Positions 53,403 to 64,000 of a DNA stretch of 64,000 bases are shown here, piece after piece. Position 1 is the stretch's first letter, and the number at the start of each line of letters is the position of its first letter. Source of the DNA: Convolutriloba macropyga (lineage: Eukaryota). The notes below the pieces were generated by a model. That model was given only the letters and a program-made list of their open reading frames with translations, made no database searches and was not told the origin of the DNA. Where the stretch lies: the NCBI RefSeq assembly GCF_964194025.1, contig NC_134482.1, positions 41,664,001 through 41,728,000 of the forward strand, read 5' to 3'. Both the position numbers and the translations under genes were made by a program.

Positions 53403-54101
53403 ATGCCACGAGTTGATAGAAAAAGGTTGCTTTCGAGCTCCGAATCTGAAAGTGATGGAGAAATCGCAGACTCTCAAGTTGATAATGTAGGCCCAGAATC
53501 GCAATGTCAAAGCAATGTTTATACTCAAGAAATTGATTCCACTCTTCCAACGCCGAGCAAAACTCTAGCCCCATTGACTAGCATGACTTCAACACCAAAG
53601 CGAACGGATAAATTGGTGCAATTAGAAGTTCGTCTTGATACGCTTATTGGGGCGCACAAAAACAGATTGAGACAGCTGCGACATGAGTTGAAAGCGGATA
53701 ATGCCGAATTTTTGAGTGTCGTTGAAGGTGAACTTTCTGGCGGACAAGTGGCATACTCCAATGAGAATGAAAAGGCTGTGATTCATAATGGTCGTAATCT
53801 TATGGACATTGTTGCGGGTAGTGACCCTTGTCGTTTTGGTCGTGATCTTGCGAAAGCTATTTTTGGCGAGGAGGAAGATTGCCTTCTACAAAATTACATG
53901 ATTGGCCAACAGCGCAGCAAGATGAACTCGCGACCACGTGTTGAACTTTCTTTGGAAAGACTTTTCACAACAGTCGTCCGACAAAAATATCCAAAGGTGC
54001 CCGATTACTGCCTCAGAGAAGCAAGAGCAGCCGCTAACCAGTTGGGTCTTGACTTCAAAAAGAAAGCGCTGAAAAGAAACGCTACAGAACCAGGTTGCTG
54101 A
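53403..54101 (+). CDS. Second transposon accessory protein, 232 aa, coiled coil plus BEN-like domain
   Basis: Intact ORF (first ATG 53403); NGRNLMD...CRFGRDLAKAIFGEEEDCLL...LREARAAANQLG aligns with NGFDLMT...SAFGRLLAATIFGAENNCDL...LRDAIRGANQYG. Confidence 0.7.
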   Translation: MPRVDRKRLLSSSESESDGEIADSQVDNVGPESQCQSNVYTQEIDSTLPTPSKTLAPLTSMTSTPKRTDKLVQLEVRLDTLIGAHKNRLRQLRHELKADNAEFLSVVEGELSGGQVAYSNENEKAVIHNGRNLMDIVAGSDPCRFGRDLAKAIFGEEEDCLLQNYMIGQQRSKMNSRPRVELSLERLFTTVVRQKYPKVPDYCLREARAAANQLGLDFKKKALKRNATEPGC

Positions 54102-55102
54102 GTTTAGCTGCATTGCCATTGAAAGTGTTTACATAAAGGAAAGCCGATTGTGGCGAGGGCTTTCAACAACTGCTGTTTTGCCATTTGAGTTTTCATGTTT
54201 AGCTTTCCACAAAATAGAATGACCAATTGAGGTCAACTCAGACTTTTAGTTCGATTCATTTGTCATTTGTTTTATTAAAATTTCCTTTTAGTTTTCTTTG
54301 AATGTTGAAAACTATCTTTGCATAGTCGTCCGGATGTTTTTCTAAGAAGTTTTCTATGAGCAGACTTTGAGTTCAAAGTTATTGCACAGCCGTTTAAGTT
54401 TTTCACTTCTTGCTTTCCTATTGGTTAAAAATTTGATTTGAACATAGATAATACTGCTTAGTTGTGTTCATAAAGAGTCAGTACGTATTGTTATCCGGAA
54501 TCTGAAATGTTAGCTTCATGTATTTGCTGAAAGCAGTGCTTTTTGTTGTTTAAAACTTTGTTCATTGCTCTTGATGTAATGTGACTTTAATGCTGAATTA
54601 ACTTGATACTCACATGAGTTTTTGGTTGTAAAGGGAAGACAGGTCATAATAACCGTAAAACCAATCATTTAGTTAGGTACTTTTTGAAATCCAATACTGG
54701 CTGATTATCTTTGTTGTTGGTAAGTTTTTTGACTTTGTTTCGAGACAATTGTCTAATAGATTTGAGACAAACGAGCAATGTTTGAGACTAAATTACGAAC
54801 AGGATTCAGACTTTATAGAGATGGGTTCAGCTAATGGGAGTCCAGATTTTGAAACTTTTTTCTTTCGATATCATTTTCAGAGTTAAACCTTGTGTTTGAG
54901 CACCAGCGATAAAGTTTTCGATCCAATTAATCTTGCGTCTTCAATCTACGATTTTGAAGTATTGCTGACAATTTGGCCCATGCATAAGCGCTGAAGAAAG
55001 GAGATTTTTTGACGTTATTCCACTGCAGAAATCTGTATAACTTTTGTTCAGAAAATGCGTTAATTACATAAAAGTGAATGTGGAGGCTTTTATTAAATAA
55101 AT

Positions 55103-55710
55103 ATGGAAGCTGCAACGAAAAGCAAGTCGATAATCTTTGCCCAGTGTGACGCTCAGATATCGAACACCCTTATAGAGAAGAAAAACAGACATGTTCAATC
55201 AATGGTAGACGAAGTTGATCCAGATGTTTTCCAGCGGCTGCTTATAACGGATACTAATTACAGCAAAGTTTTTCGACTTCTTTCGTCGTGTTATGACGAA
55301 GCTTTGAAGGCCGGTTATTTTTTTGAGCACGACTGCTTCGGGGGGTATGGTTTGTTCTATGGCCAAGAAGACAGTATCAAAATTACGAGGAAGCGCGATA
55401 TTTTATTGCCCGGCTTACATGCACTATTACAAACAGTTGACGATAAGGATTTGCCAAATTTCACACCCATTTCTATTTTTGCCGGTACTGATATTTGTAA
55501 AAAGAGCCGAATCATGGTTGGGCCTGTTCCTTTTGCAAATCACTCCTGCAAACCCAACACGGAGTATGTTGCTTCTTTTTTTAAACACAAAAATGCGTAA
55601 AGTTAAAAGCTATCAGAAACATCGAAAAAAATGAGGAACTGACGGTTTTCTACGGAGAAGATTTTTTCGGTATTAAAAACTGGGAATGCAGGTGTCCTCA
55701 TTTTGATATG
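55103..55710 (+). CDS. SET-domain lysine methyltransferase module, Suv4-20/KMT5B-C/Set9-like, split by a 1-nt frameshift near 55589-55593
   Basis: GGYGLF, IMVGPVPFANHSCKPNTEY, then in the transposase frame KCVKLKAIRNIEKNEELTVFYGEDFFGIKNWECRCPH, matching Suv4-20-type GPAAFINHDCRPN and EEI..YG..FFG..N..CxC motifs. Confidence 0.88.
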
Positions 55711-58066
55711 CATGGCGCTCCTCCAGTTGTTTTTAGCAACAAGCAGATGCAATTGATTTCTGCTAATCTTGAAAAGCGCTTTGTTAGGACCTTTAGAAGA
55801 AAAAATCGAGAAGATATAAAGAATAAGAGACGGAAAATGACGGAGATGCGTAATTTTGATGCTAGTGAGTCCAGTTGTTTGAGTAATAATTATGAAACTA
55901 CTTTTGAAAATGATGAGGCTACAATCGAAAATGAAGAAAATATAATCGAAAATGATGAATCTACACTTGCGGATGAATCTGGGGTCGGCACTGGTGTCGC
56001 AATTGATGATTTTAACGGTGCTCACAGCACACTGAGCGACCATCCGCCGTCACCAATTGCACATTTTCCCATTGTATTAGCTAGAGAAACGATTGATGAG
56101 CACCCAAGTGAAAGAAGATTGCCATCAAGTGATTTAGAGGACGATGAAAACTGTGCTGAAGCGAGAGGAAATAATTTAGTCACGGGTTTGAATCTAATTT
56201 TAGCGAAACACGGAACTGCCGATGAGGAGGCCAAAGACTGGATATCGTTCATGAAAACAGCTTTTCCTCACGCCCTAATTCCTAGTTTCAAAAGCCTCAA
56301 AAGACGTTTCCATCTAACGAAAGACAAGCATGAGGGTTTCCTCGTGACATGTCCCGATGGTCAATACTGGATACTGAACTTCATGTCAGAGATATATGAA
56401 ATAGTTAACTCAAACAAAGAAATTATAGCCAAGTATTCTTCCACGAGAGACGAAATGGCTGACCTTAAAGTGAAGTCGTGTTTTGATTCAGAACAAAAAA
56501 TAATGACAATCTCCTTGATTTTGAACTCCGATGGTGTTTGTTTTGTTAAGTCGAGTCGATTGCAACTGTGGCCATTTTGGTTAGCCATTGCCAATCTACC
56601 ACCAATAAAACGTTCTACATACAAAAATATTGTTCTTGCCGCACTTTTGCGTGGAACGACTAAACCTGATTGGGAAAAGTTGGTCAGCGATTTTTCAGAA
56701 AAACTTTCTCAGCAATTCACGATTGAGTACAATCAAGTCCAGTACAAGTTAGTTGTCAAAATTGTTTTAATAGTTGCCGATATCCCGGCCCGGGCGTCTA
56801 TGCTGAATATGCATCATCATAGGGCTAAGTATGGATGCACACTCTGTTTAACGGAAACTCAAGCTATAGGGAAGTCAAGATATTTTCTTATCAAAAAGTT
56901 CCAAATGAGAAGACCTGAGACTCACAGATCTCATTTGCAAGCTCTTGAAAACGGCAATCTAGCTCATTTCAAAGGTGTGAAAGGGAAAAGCCCTTTTATC
57001 AAAATTGTACCAAAACTGCCTTTGACAGCGCCATTCGATGTAATGCATCAGGTTTATCTCGGCGTGACTAAGGTTCTCCTTGAAGTTATAGAAAAGAAAA
57101 CACATAGAAATGATTTAATATGCCTGAACAATACAGTGGCAACGTTAGCTACTCCTGTAAAAATTAAAAGGTCTATTCGTCCACTGGATGATCTGAAATT
57201 TTTCAAAGCGAACGAGCTGAAAGTCTGGTTGCTGTATGTTGGCCCCGCACTTTTTGGTGAAACAATAAACGAAGTGAGAGCGCAGCGGTTCTGGCTGCTG
57301 AGCTATGGTATCCGACTCCTGTTGGCGTCTTCGAATTTTTGCAAAGAGGCCGAGAGACAGATTAATCAATTTTTGCGTGAGACCAAAGATGAGTACACAG
57401 AACAGGTTTTCTCCGCAAATATTCATTCGTTGTCACATTTGACTTGGCAAGTGCAGAACTTTGGGCCTCTATGGACAACGTCAAGCATGATGTTCGAATC
57501 TGCCAATTATCAACTATGCTCAAAGTTCACAGGCACAGTTGCCTGTGAACTTGCCCCTTCTAGTTGAGAGGTACCAAAGAAACAAAGAAGTTTTCCGATC
57601 AACAATTGTTGAAGATCAACTTGCTCCGTTTTGCCAAAAAATGAAAGCTGAAAAGTTGCGCAAAGATGTTTATATGCCATTTTTTCAAGTACCTGAGGAC
57701 TTGAGAAAAGTTGGGCGAGTTTTTTATCGAAGCAGGCATCTGGAATTTTTCTACTTTGAAGCTTTGCCTAACAAAAAGGATTGCTATATTTCGGCTCGTT
57801 GTGATGGCAACCTTCTCTGCGGTAAGATACGGGCCTTTTTCAGGGAACGAGACGAAGAATTTGTGGCAATAGAACTAATGAAGATTTTAAAATCTCATTC
57901 TTCCCCGATAGGTTCGTCCTGTGAAGTTTACTCTTATCACGTTGTTGAGGATTCTTCGGAGCGGCTATCCGTTAACGTTAAAGCTGTATGCGACAAGTTC
58001 TTTCACATGGCACTAGCAGACACAGTTTTTCTGATACCTCTCATAAAAATTTTCGATAATGATTGA
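55708..58066 (+). CDS. EnSpm/CACTA DDE transposase (Transposase_21/DUF4218-like), frameshifted near 57540
   Basis: LILNSDG, QLWPFWLAIANLPP, VADIPARASMLN, YGCTLC, PFDVMHQVYLGV, FKANELKVWLLY, NIHSLSHL..QVQNFGPLWTTSSMMFESAN; C-terminus continues in ORF 57539-58066. Confidence 0.93.
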
Positions 58067-58714
58067 AAAGCTAAAGCTGAAAAGTCAACCAATTGAGGCT
58101 TCAAAGAAAACGACAGTCCTCAAGTGATAAAAAGTCGAATCAAATATGAAGACTCACTAAACAGCTACAATTAAGTAAAGCTGACTGCGGCTTGGACAAG
58201 TACAAAACTGATTGACATTTTTTGCCTTTCTCAAACTTCCTCTTGCTTGATTTCCTCTTCTGCCTGAGAGATTCAAAAGCAAACTGTAATTAGTTTTCCT
58301 TGGATTGGACGTTAGGATCGTAATGTGGTTGCAAAACCGATTGTGGCTTTTAAATAGCTGAACATTATATATTGAAACTTCTGAATACCAGTACAGTTTG
58401 AAAAATACTTCTTGTAATTAAGTCAAATAACAGTGCATCCTTTATGAAACAATAATTGCTTGTTCATTGCTCTTGTTTTCAATTTCATTTAATTGTTGAA
58501 TTAATTGATTTACTTTTGAAGTCTTTTGTAAGAGACGAGCTGATCATTAAACAGGCTAAGATAACTTTTAACTTATTATGCTTTCGAGCTTTTCACATAG
58601 GGATCATATATGGCTTTGTTATTAGCTTACGAGTGTCCTGCAAGGTTTAGTGGTCATCATACCAAAGCAGTCATCGATTTCCAAGTAATCGAACAGGGAG
58701 TATTGAGAATCTCT

Positions 58715-59370
58715 GTTGGGATTACCAGGAAATAATATATATGATTTCCTGGTAATCGTACAAGGATCATATTTGATCCTTGTACGATTACTAGGAAATC
58801 ATGTATTTTTTTTCCTGGCAATCCTAGCAGAGACTATCAATAATCCTTGCACGATTACTAAGAAACCATATTGAGTTTTTCTGATTATCGTGAACTCATA
58901 TCTGATTTTCTGGCAATCGTACAAGGGTCATATATGGTCCTCGTATGGTTACAAGGAAATCTTATATGACTTCCTGGTAATCGTACAAGGATCATATAAG
59001 GTCCTTGTATGGTTACAAGGAAATCATGCATGATTTCCTGGTAATCATACAAGGATCATATATGATTTCCTGGTAATCATACAAGGATCATATATGATTT
59101 CCTGGTAATCATACAAGGATCATATATGATTTCCCTGATTTCATACAACTTTCATCAATCATTTATCGTGGTTTTTGAGTGCTCCTGAACATTTCTTCTG
59201 TTTTTTTTTCTTAAAAGTCACACTAGGATTTTGTATGATTTCCCTGATTTCATGCAAGGATCATGTATGATTTCTTAGGTTCCATACAAGGATCGTACTA
59301 GGAAATACGTTATGATTTGTATGACATCATATATGATCCTTGTAGGATTACCGGGAAAGGTCAACCCGGG
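58715..59370. repeat. Right subterminal repeat array (TTTCCTGGTAATCATACAAGGATCATATATGA, direct and inverted) and right TIR
   Basis: More than 10 copies in both orientations; same motif as the left end. Confidence 0.92.
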
Positions 59371-60394
59371 CTCTGACAAATAGTAACAGATGTATATTGT
59401 TGCATTGCAACTGTCCGGGGCTTATCTCCACAAAGTATACCTATCTATGGAATCCTTTGATAATTGTTCTGTCAGTTATTTAACCTACTGGATTTTTCTT
59501 GCGTCGCCTTCGTGTCCCAATTGAGCTCTGAATCACTGTATTGTCTCTTCATAAATGGGATCCAATCGCAACTGCTCTTCATCGGGCTACGGCCATTAAT
59601 CTATCAATTAAGATTTTCTCCGGATTAAAACATTTTTACTAACAGAAATTTTGTTAAGAACAATGTCGAGATCATACGAACATCTGCTTCATTAAATTGG
59701 CAGTATAGATGCACGATCTCTTATATTTTCTTTAATCAATCTACGTGAAATTTGCTCACATGTCGGATGATTTTATTAGAATTATCGAAATGATAGGATA
59801 TTTTTTGCTTATAGAGTAAAATTTTGTAACCAAAACATTAAAAAATAAAAAGCATTGTGGACAAAGAACTGGGTAATCCAAACCACAAACACAGTTTTTT
59901 TAACCTACAATAACATAGACTTCGTAGACTTCATTCCAGACTGGTACATATATTGTAATTGATTCAACACATGAAATTGAAAACAATGGCGCTCAATTAC
60001 CAAGATCAGCCATATTTGCATACATATGACAATTATCTAACAGGCAAGATCAATCAGCCAATGAATGACACAAGGCTCACAGTACAAATGAAGGTTTTCA
60101 ATTTTTCTTTTATTTTCTTCAGACTTTTTTCAAGCAAAGTCGAAAAAAGGTAAGAAACTCTCATTCGAGACGTATTATTACAAATATTATTGATCCGAAA
60201 ATCCCCGAAAAGCTTCTGAATAATAATTAATAATTTTGGTTCCTGCGTAATTGCAGCGGAACAGCATTAGGCCTACAGTAGCCTGTTCTCTGCTGTCCTT
60301 TTTCTTATTATTCCCCACATTTCAGACTGTTCTTTTTATGAGCAGCATTGCTCTTTTTTGGTGACTTTGGCCACTTTTTTTTCGTCTGAAACTT

Positions 60395-60560
60395 TCACGA
60401 GGTACCATTATTGCAGCCAACATTGGTCAGGCTATGGTCAACCTGAAGCTATGGATAAGTAAGAGCTCATCCTTACAGAGACAGCTTCACGGAGGCAGGG
60501 GATTGAACTCTCAATCATTGGCGTGTGAATCACACACCTCACCTCTCGTCTATCACGCCA
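60395..60560 (-). mobile_element. Probable decayed tRNA-derived SINE
   Basis: Minus strand TGGCGTGATAGACGAGAGGTGAGG...GAGAGTTCAATCCCCTGCC shows degenerate A and B boxes followed by a SINE-core-like stretch ending GGTACC. Confidence 0.4.
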
Positions 60561-63500
60561 CTAAATGGAACGGTGGAGCCGCAAAGAGCACTTGTCTTGG
60601 CTGTTAAGTTGGAATTGGAAAGGAGAAATCAACATTCAAACGAAGCACATATCAACACACCAATTTCGCTAAGCGTTAATGCGATGAATGAAAAGCAATT
60701 TTCCATTCTTCGTATTGAACCTCTGAGAACTTTGTTCCAAAAACAGATAGCCTCTCCTGCCTCGATTTTCCAGACTGAAGCTCTTTGGTGATCACACGGA
60801 AATGAAAAAAATCACTGCAGAATAAAAAAATTAAATATGGCGGATTGTTGAATTTTTTTGCGAGAGTTTTTAGAAAACCTCGAAAGACCAAATCCACTTC
60901 TAACAAAAATACCGACAGCAAATCAGTGAACGCGGTTCAACAAGGACAATTAAACTGGGTGATTTTCGTTTAAGAGGAAACATATAGCAAAGTTCAAGAG
61001 TCTGAAAACACAGGTACGAAAAAAGGCAATGATCGTAATTGGCGCAGAAATATCTGAACACTAATTATACCAATGACACGTGGTGAAATAACAACTACAC
61101 ATCTCGTAGAATTTGGTATTGTTTGTATCATTCTCGAAAGGTACCTTGGAATGCAAACCACGGAAAATTCTTCAGAAGCAAATTCAAATCTGGGTTGCCA
61201 AATCAAATCAGCACGAATAATGGACGTTCTGCAACGAACCAATCACTACCTAAGTATGAAATCGAGCAATAATTGACCATAAAGGTAGCCACAGTCTTGA
61301 CGCAGAAATAACAATGATATCAGGTGAGCTAAATAAATTGCTTGGATTGTAAATTCTTGAGAAACCGAATCTTGGAATGACAGAGTCTCCAATATCAACG
61401 TCGGGCAAAAAAGGTAACAATATAACAAATCAATTTCAAATTAAATTTTGTGTCGGAAAACTCTCTCTAATAGCATACACGTATTAGGCAGTCAATGCTT
61501 AATTATCTAGCAGATTCAAATTATGATGAAGAATTCCAACCAAAAATTTGAAGACGAGATTCAATTTAGGAGAAAAGGTTAACAAAAATCAACCAAAAAT
61601 GTCTAACGAAAAAAACGAGTCTCAATCGTCTTGGTCAAATCTGTTGTCTACAGCAGTTGTCTCTTTAAGAAGAGACCTATTGATTGCGCTAGTCTAGGAT
61701 TCGGAGATCCTAAACGAAACCAGTCATAAAATAAAAACCCTATGCCGAATCTTGATGTCAATTCAGTTTCTCAACATGGAACTAATTTTGAGTCACAAAA
61801 CAATACTTTTTTTGCCTACATTAGATCTGAAATACGCTCACAAGTGTTTCAATTTGAATTTAGATGCTGCCAAACTTTGTATCTTTGACAAGAAGAAAAA
61901 GGCGCGAATGGCACATATCTTTAAAACTGGACAATGTGGTCTTAAATATATACCAGCAGAGTTTAGGAAACCTCTGAAAGATATAATGAATGGAATAAAG
62001 AATTTTTTTTTTGCAAAATATTAATCTTGTGTGAAAAAAAAACAGAAAAGAAACAATCAAAATCTGTATTTGTTCTTCTTAATAAAATAGATAGCAAGAA
62101 CAATTGAGTTAACGTTCGAATGCTTCATTTTGCGAAAACTCAAACTTCAGTCTTCATCATCAGTATGAAACAAAGACTCCGCCTCTCGAAAACGAGACTT
62201 CAGCTATACTATCTCTTAAGCCATCAAAAATAATTGAAACACTTCGCATTTTTCTTGGTTCAATTTAATACATAAATAAGTTAATACCAAATGTGGCCTA
62301 ATTTTGTCACATTTTTCCTTAATTTTTTTGAAAAATTTATCTGGATAGATATACATGAAAAACACTTTAATGAAATCAATTAAGCAACGGAGAACTCTTA
62401 TGATAACCCAAATCTTGAAACTAACTCATGTCAAGTGCAATGCCTCACTTTCAGTACGCGGCGCGTCGTTAGAACAACTATCAGTAGGTAGTTGAAAAGC
62501 TACCTACTGTTGTGTATAGTTTTTGGGCTTATATTAAACGGAAATTAGTTATCAGGGTGGTATGTTTTATCGGAGAACTATCTCTGCAGAAAACAAACTG
62601 AAGTGATCACTGATAACAGAGAACCATTATCATCTCCTCCAGAGCGTTGATCTAAAAGTCTTATAACAGCTGTTTTATTCGTTTTATTGATCGTTTTCGA
62701 CCATATCAGTTTTCACTTGAATAATCGTGACGCGAAAAAAAAACGTGTTTCGCTAACTGCATTCCAATCCATCCTTATCCGCAAGCAAACAAGTTTTTTT
62801 CCTATGATGAAGAAACAATTGTTGCAAGTTTCGATCATTACTCTGAGCAAAGCTGAAAATCAAAACTCGGAAGCCACAGCATCTCAAACAAATTCATTGC
62901 TTAAAAGATACATACTTGCATAAAAAATTAACATCAGCATCAAATCTAAATAAATAATTTTTTGTGAAATTATACAAACACAAGCATGCTTACAAAACTT
63001 CAACACGTCACATGTCAGGCAAGTTTTATCACCCATACACCCTTCTATTACAAACAATTCAAATTATGCAATTTTGGGGTTGTATATACAGGTAAGTAAT
63101 CAATGTTCTGCTTTAAAAATGCATCTTTTTATCTTCACAGAATTTTGTCTGCAGAAAAACATGTTTTTTTTAAAATGCATTTTTTGTTAATTACCTCTCG
63201 ATAAAGACAATTTTTCTAATAAAAACCAATATTTTTTGTCTAATCAGGCGCCCTAATTTTTAGCTATTGAGATAAAATTTTCGTTGTTGTACAAAGACAC
63301 TGGAACCGAAGAAACAGCTTTGCAAAGTATTTGTTTCAATTTCAGTCAAATTAATTTTTCCTAAATTTCTACTGGTAAAAATAAGAGAAATGGCAACTGA
63401 TATGGAAATGAGAGAAATGGAACAAAACAAAAGTAGTGAATCGTGCTTCTTTATGCAAAACATACTAGAAAAATTTGAGAGACATAATCTAATGATAAAA

Positions 63501-64000
63501 GAAGTAAACAGTGCTTTAAGAATATAAAATTGGGTAAAGAACAGACTAAAATAGCTACTTAGATACTGCTGATACATTAGATTGAATCTAATGGTTAAAA
63601 TAAGAGTTAAAAAAGGTGTAAAAAGGGGTAAAATAAGATTCAAGGGCTAAAATAAGCAAATTGATGTCTACCCGGTACAATTTTTTTAAAAAAATGCAGA
63701 GTCACTATAAACCGTGCAATCGAGACCTTGAAAAATAGCTCTGTCAAAATTTTTTAATATTTTTTTTGGATATTCATGATTTTTAATTAAGAGCCTTGAA
63801 GTAATTCACTTTTGCATATCTTTTCTGTGTTCCTAAAAAACAGCAGGCAAACAGCGTAGTATATTTCAAGTCCTACCAGGCTCTCTAGTTGAGCTGAGAT
63901 TAAAGAATATCTAATTTTTTGAGTTTGGTTGAATTGTTTCTCTTCAATAAAATCATCACCCCTTGATTACAGTTTTTCTGAAAGAGACTCTTGACTCTTT

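Larger units (their letters stand above)
34504..59370 (+). mobile_element. Giant (24,867 bp) EnSpm/CACTA (CMC superfamily) DNA transposon
   Basis: Terminal inverted repeats CCCGGGTTGCCC / GGTCAACCCGGG (11 of 12 match), 2-bp CT duplication (34502-34503, 59371-59372), shared subterminal repeats GGTAATCATACAAGG(A)TCATATATGAT at both ends, CACTA-type transposase inside. Confidence 0.9.

Noticed and set aside
55576-55586. Programmed -1 frameshift at TTTTTTTAAAC linking SET and transposase
   Set aside because: TTTAAAC is not in the required frame, and a -1 slip on the T run meets TAA at 55582; the shift must occur later, in the A5 run, which fits a 1-nt indel better
51523-57426. Minus-strand ORFs overlapping the BEN-like, SET and transposase genes (and those antisense to gag-pol)
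   Set aside because: Antisense shadows of real coding sequence with no motifs
40850-58347. Recurrent stem-loop as iron-responsive element, Smaug element or histone stem-loop
   Set aside because: Loop is RAYTGN rather than CAGUGN or CNGG, there is no bulged C, and it does not match the histone stem-loop consensus
59371-64000. Genes in the terminal 4.6 kb
   Set aside because: Only short AT-rich ORFs without recognisable motifs; possibly decayed TE or intron sequence that cannot be assigned by eye

Overview
AT-rich, repeat-dense eukaryotic (probably invertebrate) genomic DNA with a 200-N assembly gap at 7536-7735. The first 23 kb is mostly intron-like sequence with minisatellites, tandem duplications and two clear coiled-coil exons of a + strand host gene. 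Three insertions follow almost back to back. (1) A solo LTR (23361-23913, minus strand), whose empty site is visible in a paralogous segment. (2) A full-length but decayed BEL/Pao LTR retrotransposon (24213-33820, TSD GGCAT). It has an extra SGNH-hydrolase-like ORF before gag, and each LTR holds a tRNA-like Pol III cassette whose 3' end is complementary to the element's own PBS. (3) A 24.9-kb EnSpm/CACTA (CMC) DNA transposon (34504-59370, CCCGGGTTG termini, 2-bp CT TSD). It carries two satellite arrays, a spliced SGNH hydrolase gene, two paralogous BEN-like genes and a transposase that appears fused to an N-terminal Suv4-20/Set9-type SET methyltransferase domain. All four genes of this element are followed by 2-3 copies of the same small stem-loop motif. 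The best candidates for undescribed systems are the SET-transposase/BEN/satellite element with its shared 3' motif, and the tRNA-like cassette in the LTRs. All calls are by eye; no searches were run, so novelty is unverified.
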